This document shows, in pieces, positions 15,701-28,900 of a stretch of 64,000 nucleotides of DNA. This DNA is from Eledone cirrhosa (lineage: Eukaryota). The stretch is taken from contig OZ024755.1 of the NCBI GenBank assembly GCA_964016885.1, forward strand, positions 44,516,001-44,580,000, in the 5' to 3' direction. How positions within the stretch are numbered: the stretch's first letter is position 1; the number at the start of each line of letters is the position of its first letter. Made by a program: the position numbers and the translations under genes. A model generated the notes under the pieces. The model was not told where the DNA came from and made no database searches. It worked only from the letters and a program-made list of their open reading frames with translations.

Positions 15701-18700
15701 ACTTGTACCTCAGTTGAGAGTACTACCATATATTGTGTACCACCGTTGACAATACCAACGTATACTGTGTACCACAGTTGACAGTACCAACGTATACTGT
15801 GCACCACAGTTGACAGTACCAACATATACTGTGTACCACAGTTGACAATACCAACATATACTGTGTACCACAGTTGACAATACCAACACATATAGTGTAC
15901 CACAGTTGACAATACCAACACATATAGTGTACCACAGTTGACAGTACCAACGTATACTGTGTACCACAGTTGCCAATGCCAACATATACTGTGTACCACA
16001 GTTGAGAGTACCAACATGTACCGTGTACCACAGTTGACAGTACCAACGTATACTGTGTACCACAGTTGACAGTACCAACGTATACTGTTTACCACAGTTG
16101 ACAATACCAACATATACTGTGTACCAGAGTTGACAGTACCCACATATACTGTGTACCACAGTTGACAGTTCCAACATATAAGGTGTACCACTGTTGATAC
16201 TACCGACATATACTGTGTAGCACAGTTGACAGTACTAACATATACTGTGTACCACAGTTGAGAGTACCACCATATACTGGGTACCACTGTTGACAGTACC
16301 AACATATACTGTGTACCACAGTTGACAGTACCAACATATACTGTGTACCATAGTTGACAGTACCAACATATCCTGTGTACCTCAGTTGTCAGTACCAACA
16401 TATACTGTATACCACAGTTGACAGTACCAACATATACTGTGTACCACTGTTGACAGTACCAACATATACCGTGTACCACAGTTGACAGTACCAGCATATA
16501 CTGTGTACCACAGCTGACACTACCAACATATACTTGTACCTCAATTGACAGTACTACCATATATTGTGTACCACCGTTGACAATACCAACGTATACAGTG
16601 TACCACAGTTGACAGTACCAACGTATACTGTGCACCACAGTTGACAGTACCAACATATACTGTGTACCACAGTTGACAATACCAACATATACTGCGTACC
16701 ACAGTTGACAATACCAACACATATAGTGTACCACAGTTGACAGTACCAACGTATACTGTGTACCACAGTTGCCAATGCCAACATATACTGTGTACCACAG
16801 TTGAGAGTACCAACATGTACCGTGTACCACAGTTGACACTACCAACGTATACTGTGTACCACAGTTGACAATACCAACATATACTGTGTACCACAGTTGA
16901 CAGTACCAACATATACTGTGTACCACAGTTGAAAGTACCAACGTATACTGTGTACCACAGTTGACAACACCAACATATACTGTGTACCACAGTTGACAGT
17001 ACCAACATATACTGTATACCACAGTTGACAGTACCAACATATACTGTGTACCACAGTTGACAGTACCAACATATACTGTGTACCACAGTTGACAGTACCA
17101 ACATATACTGTATACCACAGTTGACAGTACCAACATATACTGTGTACCACTGTTGACAGTACCAACATATACCGTGTACCACAGTTGACAGTACCAACAT
17201 ATACTGTGTACCACAGCTGACACTACCAACATATACTTGTACCTCAGTTGACAGTATTACCATATATTGTGTACCACCGTTGACAATACCAACGTATACT
17301 GTGTACCACAGTTGACAGTACCAACGTATACTGTGCACCACAGTTGACAGTACCAAAATATACTGTGTACCACAGTTGACAATACCAACATATACTGTGT
17401 ACCACAGTTGACAATACCAACACATATAGTGTACCACAGTTGACAGTACCAACGTATACTGTGTACCACAGTTGCCAATGCCAACATATACTGTATACCA
17501 CAGTTGAGAGTACCAACATATACTGTGTACCACAGTTGACAGTACCAACATATACTGTGTACCACAGTTGACAGTACCAACATATACCGTGTACCACAGT
17601 TGACAGTACCAATGTATTCTGTGTACCACAGTTGACAGTACCAACATATACTGTGTACCACAGTTGACAGTACCAACATATACTGTGTACCATAGTTGAC
17701 ATTACCAACGTATATTGTGTTCCACAGTTGACAGTACCAACATGTACTGTGTACCACAGTTGACAGTACCAACGTATACTGTGTACCACAGTTGACAGTA
17801 CCAACGTATACTGTGTACCACAGTTGACAGTACCAACATATAATGTGTACCACAGTTGACAGTACCATCATATACTGTGTACCACAGTTGACAGTACCAA
17901 CATATATTGTGTACCACAGTTGACAGTACCAACATATACTGTGTACCATAGTTGACATTACCAACGTATATTGTGTACCACAGTTGACAGTACCAACATA
18001 TCCTGTGTACCTCAGTTGACAGTACCATCATATACTGTATACCACAGTTGACAGTACCAACATATACTGTGTACCACTGTTGACAGTACCAATATATACC
18101 GTGTACCACAGTTGACAGTACCAACATATACTGTGTACCACAGCTGACACTACCAACATATACTTGTACCTCAGTTGACAGTACTACCATATATTGTGTA
18201 CCACCGTTGACAATACCAACGTATACTGTGTACCACAGTTGAAAGTACCAACGTATACTGTGCACCACAGTTGAGAGTACCAACATATACTGTGTACCAC
18301 AGTTGACAATACCAACATATACTGTGTACCACAGTTGACAATACCAACACATATAGTGTACCACAGTTGACAGTACCAACGTATATTGTGTACCACAGTT
18401 GCCAATGCCAACATATACTGTGTACCACAGTTGAGAGTACCAACATGTACCGTGTACCACAGTTGACAGTACCAACGTATACTGTGTACCACAGTTGACA
18501 ATACCAACATATTCTGTGTACCACAGTTGACAGTACCAACATATACTGTGTACCACAGTTGAAAGTACCAACGTATACTGTGTACCACAGTTGACAACAC
18601 CAACATATACTGTGTATCACAGTTGAGAGTACCAACATATACTGTATACCACAGTTGACAGTACCAACATATACTGTGTACCACAGTTGACAGTACCAAC

Positions 18701-18870
18701 ATATACTGTGTACCACAGTTGACAGTACCAACATATACTGTATACCACAGTTGACAGTACCAACATATACTGTGTACCACTGTTGACAGTACCAACATAT
18801 ACCGTATACCACAGTTGACAGTACCAACATATACTGTGTACCACAGCTGACACTACCAACATATACCTGT
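12062..18870. repeat. 4,443-bp (139-monomer) higher-order unit at 12062-16504, followed by a partial second copy from 16505 to about 18870
   Basis: Blocks of 22+29+22+40+26 monomers total 139x32-5 = 4443. ORFs recur at +4443 (12098/16541, 12396/16839, 12801/17244, 13259/17702, 13741/18184) with scattered substitutions. Confidence 0.88.
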
Positions 18871-21800
18871 ACCTCAATTGACAGTACTACCATATATAGT
18901 GTACCACCGTTGACAATACCAACGTATACTGTGTACCACAGTTGACAGTACCAACGTATACTGTGCACCACAGTTGACAGTACCAACATATACTGTGTAC
19001 CACAGTTGACAATACCAACATATACTGTGTACCACAGTTGACAATACCAACACATATAGTGTACCACAGTTGACAGTACCAACGTATACTGTGTACCACA
19101 GTTGCCAATGCCATCATATACTGTGTACCACAGTTGAGAGTAACAACATATACTGTGTACCACAGTTGACAGTACCAACATATACTGTGTACCACAGTTG
19201 ACAATACCAACATATACTGTGTACCACAGTTGACAATACCAACACATATAGTGTACCACAGTTGACAATACCAACACATATAGTGTACCACAGTTGACAG
19301 TACCAACGTATACTGTGTACCACAGTTGCCAATGCCAACATATACTGTGTACCTCAGTTGAGAGTACCAACATGTACCGTGTACCACAGTTGACAGTACC
19401 AACGTATACTGTGTACCACAGTTGACAGTACCAACGTATACTGTTTACCACAGTTGACAATACCAACATATACTGTGTACCAGAGTTGACAGTACCCACA
19501 TATACTGTGTACCACAGTTGACAGTTCCAACATATAAGGTGTACCACTGTTGATACTACCGACATATAACGTGTACCACAGTTGGCAGTACCATCATATA
19601 CTGTGTACCACAGTTGACAGTACCAACGTATATTGTGTACCACAGTTGAGAGTACAAACATACACCGTGTACAACAGTTGACAGTACCAACATATACAAT
19701 GTACCACAGTTGCGAGTACCAACATATACTGTGTACCACAGTTGACAGTACCAACATATACTGTATACCACAGTTGACAGTACCAACATATACTGTATAC
19801 CACAGTTGACAGTACCAACATATACTGTGTACCACAGTTGACAGTACCAACATATACTGTGTACCACATTTGACAGTACCAACATATACTGTGTACCACA
19901 GTTGACAGTACCAACATATACTGTGTACCACTGTTGACAGTACCAACATATACCGTGTACCACATTTGACAGTACCAACATATACTGTGTACCACTGTTG
20001 ATAGTACCAACATATACTGTGTACCACAGTTGACAGTACCAACATGTACCGTGTAACCACAGTTGAGAGTACCAACGTATACTGTGTACCACAGTTGACA
20101 ATACCAACATATACTGTGTACCACAGTTGACAGTACCAACATATACTGTGTACCTCAGTTAACAGTACCCACATATACTGTGTACCACAGTTGACAGTAC
20201 CAACATATACTGTGTACCACAGTTGACAGTATAAACATATACTGTGTACCACAGTTGACAGTACCATCATATACGGTGTACCACAGTTAACAGTACCAAC
20301 ATATACTGTGTACCACATTTGACAGTACCAACGTATACTGTGTACCACAGTTGACAGTACCATCATATACTGTTTACCACAGTTGATAGTACCAACGTAT
20401 ACTGTTTACCAGAGTTGACAGTACCAACATATACTGTGTACCACAGTTGACAGTACCAAAATATACTGTGTACCACAGCTGACACTACCAACATATACTT
20501 GTAACTCTGTTGACAGTACTAACATATACTGTGTACCACAGTTGACGGTACCAACGTATACTGTGTACCACAGTTGAAAATACCAACGTATACTGTGTAC
20601 CGCAGTTGACAGTACCAACATATACTGTGTACCACAGTTGACAATACCAACATATACTGTGTACCACAGTTGACAGTACCAACGTATACTGTCTACCACA
20701 GTTGACAGTACCAACATATACTGTGTACCACAGTTGACAGTACCAACATATACAGTGTACCACAGTTGACAGTACCAACATATACTGTGTACCACAGTTG
20801 ACAGTACCAACATATACTGTGTACCACAGCTGACACTACCAACATATACTTGTACCTCAGTTGACAGTACTAACATATACTATGTACCACAGTTGACAGT
20901 ACCAACATATAATGTGTACCACAGTTGACAGTACCAACATATACTGTGTACCACAGTTGACAGTACCAACATATACTCGGTGCCACTTTTCACAGTACCA
21001 ACATATAATGTGTACCACAGTTGACAATACCAACGTATACTGTGTACGACATTTGACAGTACCAACGTATACTGTGTACCACAGTTGACAATGCCTTCAT
21101 ATAGTGTGTACCACAGTTGACAGTACCAACATATACTGTGTACCACAGTTGACAGTACCATCTTATACTGTGTACCACAGTTGACAGTACCAACGTATAC
21201 TGTGTACCACAGTTGAAAGTACCCACGTATACTGTGTACCACAGTTGACAGTACCAACATATACTGTGTACCACAGTTGACAGTACAAACGTATACTGTG
21301 TACCACAGTTGACAATACCAACATATACTGTGTACCACAGTTGACAGTACCAACATATACTGTATACCACAGTTGACAGTACCGACATATACTGTGTACC
21401 ACAGTTGACAGTACCAACATATACTGTGTACCACAGTTGACAGTACCAACATATACTGTATACTACAGTTGACAGTACCAACATATACTGTGTACCAGTG
21501 TTGACAGTACCAACATATACTGTGTACCACAGTTGACAGTACCAACATATACTGTGTACCACAGCTGACACTACCAAAATATACTTGTACCTCAGTTGAC
21601 AGTACTAACATATAGTGTGTACCACCGTTGTCAGTACCAACGTATACTGTGTACCACAGTTGCCAATGCCAACATATACTGTGTACCACAGTTGACAGTA
21701 CCAACATATACTGTGAACCACAGTTGACAGTATCAACATATACTGTGTACCACAGTTGACAGTACCAATGTATACTGTGTACCACTGTTGACAGTACCAA

Positions 21801-24800
21801 AATATACTGTGTACCACAGTTGACAGTACCAACGTATACTGTGTACCACAGTTGACAGTACCAACATATACTGTGTACCACAGTTAACAGTACCAACATA
21901 TACTGTGTACCACAGTTGACAGTACCAACGTATACTGTGTACCACAGTTGACAGTACCAACATATACTGTGTACCACAGTTGACAATACCAACATATATT
22001 GTGTACCACAGTTGACAGTACCAACGTATACTGTGTACCACTGGTGACAGTACCAACATATACTGTGTACCACGTTTGACAGTACCAACATATACAGTGA
22101 ACCACACTTGACAGTACCAACATATACTGTGTACCACAGTTGACAGTACCAACGTATACTGTGTACCACTGGTGACAGTACCAACATGTACTGTGTACCA
22201 CATTTGACAGTACCAACGTATACAGTGTACGACAGTTGACGATACCAGCATATACTGTGTACCACAGTTGACAGTACCAACATATACTGTATACCACAGT
22301 TGAGAGTACCAACATATACAGTGTACCACAGTTGACAGTACCAACATATACTGTGTACCACAGTTGACAGTACCAACATATACTGTATACCACAGTTGAC
22401 AGTACCAACATATACTGTGTACCACTGTTGACAGTACGAACATATACCGTGTACCACAGTTGACAGTACCAACATATACTGTGTACCACAGCTGACACTA
22501 CCAACATATACTTGTACCTCATTTTACAGTACTACCATATATTGTGTACCACCGTTGACAATACCAACGTATAGTGTGTACAGCAGTTGACAGTACCAAC
22601 GTATACTGTGTACCACAGTTGACAGTACCAACATATACTGTGTACCACAGTTGACAATACCAGCATATACTGTGTACCACAGTTGACAATACCAACACAT
22701 AATGTGTACCACAGTTGACAGTACCAACGTATACTGTGTACCACAGTTGCCAATGCCAACATATACTGTGTACCACAGTTGACAGTACCAACATATACTG
22801 TGTACCACAGTTGACAGTACCAACATATTCTGTGTACCACAGTTGACAGTACCAACATATACTGTGTACCACAGTTGACAGTACCAATGTATACTGTGTA
22901 CCACTGTTGACAGTACCAAAATATACTGTGTACTACAGTTGACAGTACCAACATATACTATGTACCACAGTTGACAGTATCCACGTATGTGTACCACAGT
23001 TGACAGTATCAACGTATATCTGTACCACATATTGACAGTACCAACATATAACGTGTACCACAGTTGACAGTACCAACATATACTGTGTACCACAGTTGAC
23101 AGTACCAACATATACTGTGTACCACAGTGACAGTGCCAACGTATACTGTGTACCACAGTTGCCATTACCAACGTATACTGTGTACCACAGTGGACAGTAC
23201 CAACGTATATGTGTACAACATATTGACAGTACCATCATATACTGTGTACCAGAGTTGACAGTACCAACATATACTGTGTACCACAGTTGACGGTACCAAC
23301 ATAAACTGTGTACCACAGTTGACAGTACCAACATATTCTGTGTACCACAGTTGACAGTACCAACATATACTGTGTACCACAGTTGACAGTACCAACATAT
23401 ACTGTATACCACACTTGACAGTACCAACATATACTGTGTACCACAGTTGACAGTACCAACATATACTGTGTACCACAGTTGACATTACCAACATATACTG
23501 TGTACCAGAGATGACAGTACCAACATATACTGTGTACCACAGTTGACAGTACTAACATATACTGTGTACTACAGTTGACAGTACCAACATATACTGTGTA
23601 CCACAGTTGACAGTACCAACATGAACTGTGTACCACAGTTGACAGTGCCAACATATACTGTGTACCACATTTGGCAGTACCAACATATACTGTGTACCTC
23701 AGTTGACAGTACCAACATATACTGTGTACCAAAGTTGACAGTGCCAACATATACTGTGTACCACAATTGACAGTACCAACATATGCTGTGTACCACAGTT
23801 GACAGTACCAACATGTACCGTGAACCACAGTTGACAGTACCAACGTATACTGTGTACCACAGTTGAGAGTACCAACGTATAGTGTGTACCACAGTTGACA
23901 GTACCAACATATACTGTGTACCACAGTTGACAGTACCAACATATACTGTGTACCACAGTTCACAGTACCAACGTATACTGTGTACCACATTTGACAGTAC
24001 CAACATATACTGTGTACCACAGTTCACAGTACCAACATATACTGTGTACCACTGTTGACAGTACCAACATATACCGTGTACCACATTTGTCAGTACCAAC
24101 ATATACTGTGTACCACTGTTGACAGTACCAACATATACTGTACACCACAGTTGACAGTACCAACATATACAGTGTACCACTGTTGACAGTACCAACATAT
24201 ACTGTGTACCACAGTTGACAGTACCAACATATACTGGGTACCACAATTGACAGTACCAACATATACTGTGTACCATAGTTGACAGTACCAACGTATATTG
24301 TGTACCACAGTTGAGAGTACCAACATACACCGTGTACGACAGTTGACAGTACCAACATATACTGTGTACCACAGTTGAGAGTACCAACATATACTGTGTA
24401 CCACAGTTGACAGTACCAACATATACTGTATACCAACATATACTGTGTATCACAGTTGACAGTACCAACATATACTGTGTACCACAGTGTACACTAACAA
24501 CATATACTGTGTACCACAGTTGACAGTACCAACATATACTGTGTACCACAGTTGACAGTACCATCATATACTGTGTACCACATTTGACAGTACCAACGTA
24601 TACTGTGTACCACAGTTGACAGTACCATCGTATACTGTGTACCACAGTTGATAGTACCAACGTATACTGTGTATCAGAGTTGACAGTACCAACATATACT
24701 GTGTACCACAGCTGACACTACCAACATATACTTGTAACTCTGTTGACGGTACTAACATATACTGTGTACCACAGTTGACGGTACCAACGTATACTGTGTA

Positions 24801-25961
24801 CCACAGTTGAAAGTACCAACGTATCCTGTGTACCACAGTTGACAGTACCAACATATACTGTGTACCACAGTTGACAATACCAACATATACTGTGTACCAC
24901 AGTTGACAGTACCAACGTATACTGTGTACCATTGTTGACAGTACCAACATATACTGTGTACCACAGTTGACAGTACCAACATATACAGTGTACCACAGTT
25001 GACAGTACCAACATATACTGTGTACCACAGTTGACAGTACCAACATATACTGTGTACCACAGCTGACACTACCAACATATACATTGCCACTTTTCACAGT
25101 ACCAACATATACTGTGTACCACAGTTGACAATGCCATCATATAGTGTGTACCACAGTTGACAGTACCAACATATACTGTGTACCACAGTTGACAGTACCA
25201 TCTTATACTGTGTACCACAGTTGACAGTACCAACGTATACTGTGTACCACAGTTGAAAGTACCAACGTATACTGTGTACCACAGTTGACAGTACCAACAT
25301 ATACTGTGTACCACAGTTGACAGTACCAACGTATACTGTGTACCACAGTTGACAATACCAACGTATACTGTGTACCACAGTTGACAGTACCAACATATAT
25401 TGTGTACCACAGTTGACAATACCAACATATACTGTGTACCACAGTTGACAATACCAACACATACTGTGTACCACAGTTGACAGTACCAACGTATACTGTG
25501 TACCACAGTTGCCAATGCCAACATATACTGTGTACCACAGTTGACAGTACCAACATATACTGTGTACCACAGTTGACTGTATCAACATATACTGTGTACC
25601 ACAGTTGACAGTACCAATGTATACTGTGTACCACTGTTGACAGTACCAAAATATACTGTGTACCACAGTTGACAGTACCAACGTATAGTGTGTACCACAG
25701 TTGACAGTACCAAAATATACTGTGTACCACAGTTGACAGTACCAACATATACTGTGTACCACAGTTGAGAGTACCAATATATACTGTGTACCTCAGTTGA
25801 CGATATCAACATATACTGTGTACCACAGTTGACAGTACCAACATATACTGTGTACCAGAGTTGACAGTACTAACATATACTGTGTACCACAGTTGACAGT
25901 ACCATCATATACTGTGTACCACAGTTGACACTACCAACATAAACTGTGTACCACAGTTGAC

Positions 25962-28900
25962 AGTACCAACATATACTGTGTACCACAGTTGAAAGTACCA
26001 ACGTATACTGTGTACCACAGATGACAGAATCCACGTATGTGTACCACAGTTGACAGTATCAACGTATATCTGTACCACATATTGACAGTACCAACATATA
26101 ACGTGTACCACAGTTGACAGTACCAACATATACTGTGTACCACAGTTGACAGTACCAACATATACTGTGTACCACAGTTGACAGTGCCAACGTATACTGT
26201 GTACCACAGTTGCCATTACCAACGTATACTGTGTACCACAGTGGACAGTACCAACGTATATGTGTACAACATATTGACAGTACCAACATATTCTGTGTAC
26301 CACAGTTGACAGTACCAACATATACTGTGTACCACAGTTGACAGTACCAACATATACTGTATACCACACTTGACAGTACCAACATATACTGTGTACAACA
26401 GTTGACAGTACCAACATATACTGTGTACCACAGTTGACATTACCAACATATACTGTGTACCAGAGATGACAGTACCAACATATACTGTGTACCACAGTTG
26501 ACAGTACTAACATATACTGTGTACTACAGTTGACAGTACCAACATATACTGTGTACCACAGTTGACAGTACCAACATGAACTGTGTACCACAGTTGACAG
26601 TGCCAACATATAATGTGTACCACATTTGGCAGTACCAACATATACTGTGTACCTCAGTTGACAGTACCAACATATACTGTGTACCAAAGTTGACAGTACC
26701 AACGTATACTGTGTACCACAGTTGACAGTACCAACGTATACAGTGTACCACAGTTGACAGTACCAACATATACTGTGTACCACAGTTGACAGTACCAACG
26801 TATACTGTGTACCACAGTTGACAGTACCAACGTATACTGTGTACCACAGTTGACAGTACCAACGTATATTGTGTACCACTGTTGACAGTACCAACATATA
26901 ATGTGTACCACAATTGACAGTACCAACATATACTGTGTACCACAGTTGACAGTTCCCAACATGTACCGTGAACCACAGTTGACAGTACCAACGTATACTG
27001 TGTACCACAGTTGAGAGTACCAACGTATAGTGTGTACCACAGTTGACAGTACCAACATATACTGTGTACCACAGTTGACAGTACCAACATATACTGTGTA
27101 CCACAGTTCACAGTACCAACGTATACTGTGTACCACATTTGACAGTACCAACATATACTGTGTACCACAGTTCACAGTACCAACATATACTGTGTACCGC
27201 TGTTGACAGTACCAACATATTCGGTGTACCACAGTTGTCAGTACCAACATATACTGTGTACCACTGTTGACAGTACCAACATATACTGTATACCACAGTT
27301 GACAGTACCAACATATACTGTGTACCACTGTTGACAGTACCAACATATACTGTGTACCACAGTTGACAGTACCAACATATACTGTATACCACAGTTGACA
27401 GTACCAACATATACTGGGTACCACAATTGACAGTACCAACATATACTGTGTACCATAGTTGACAGTACCAACGTATATTGTGTACCACAGTTGAGAGTAC
27501 CAACATACACCGTGTGCGACAGTTGACAGTACCAACATATACTGTGTACCACAGTTGACAGTACCAACATATACTGTGTACCACAGTTGACAGTACCAAC
27601 ATATACTGTGTACCACAGTTGACAGTACCAACATATACTGTGTACCACAGTTGACAGTACCAACATATACTGTGTACCAACATATACTGTGTATCACAGT
27701 TGACAGTACCAACATATACTCTGTACCACAGTGTACACTAACAACATATACTGTGTACCACAGTTGACAGTACCAACATATACTGTGTACCACAGTTGAC
27801 AGTACCATCATATACTGTGTACAACATTTGACAGTACCAACGTATACTGTGTACCACAGTTGACAGTACCATCGTATACTGTGTACCACAGTTGATAGTA
27901 CCAACGTATACTGTGTATCAGAGTTGACAGTACCAACATATACTGTGTACCACAGTTGACAGTACCAAAATATACTGTGTACCACAGCTGACACTACCAA
28001 CATATACTTGTAACTCTGTTGACGGTACTAACATATACTGTGTACCACAGTTGACGGTACCAACGTATACTGTGTACCACAGTTGAAAGTACCAACGTAT
28101 CCTGTGTACCACAGTTGACAGTGCCAACGTATACTGTGTACCACAGTTGCCATTACCAACGTATACTGTGTACCACAGTGGACAGTACCAACGTATATGT
28201 GTACAACATATTGACAGTACCAACATATTCTGTGTACCACAGTTGACAGTACCAACATATACTGTGTACCACAGTTGACAGTACCAACATATACTGTATA
28301 CCACACTTGACAGTACCAACATATACTGTGTACCACAGTTGACAGTACCAAGATATACTGTGTACCACAGTTGACATTACCAACATATACTGTGTACCAG
28401 AGATGACAGTACCAACATATACTGTGTACCACAGTTGACAGTACTAACATATACTGTGTACCACAGTTGACAGTACCAACGTATACTGTCTACCACAGTT
28501 GACAGTACCAACATATACTGTGTACCACAGTTGACAGTACCAACATATACAGTGTACCACAGTTGACAGTACCAACATATACTGTGTACCACAGTTGACA
28601 GTACCAACATATACTGTGTACCACAGCTGACACTACCAACATATACTTGTACCTCAGTTGACAGTACTAACATATACTATGTACCACAGTTGACAGTACC
28701 AACATATACTGTGTACCACAGTTGACAGTACCAACATATACTGTGTACCACAGTTGAGAGTACCAACATATACTCGGTGCCACTTTTCACAGTACCAACA
28801 TATAATGTGTACCACAGTTGACAATACCAACGTATACTGTGTACGACTTTTGACAGTACCAACGTATACTGTGTACCACAGTTGACAATGCCTTCATATA

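Noticed and set aside
20975-20992. The reverse complement (GAAAAGTGGCACCGAGT) resembles the 3' part of the S. pyogenes tracrRNA/sgRNA scaffold as I recall it (GAAAAAGTGGCACCGAGTCGGTGC)
   Set aside because: The match is only about 16 nt and lies in exact register with the satellite monomer, which already supplies most of the matching bases. No other scaffold parts are present, so I treat it as coincidence.
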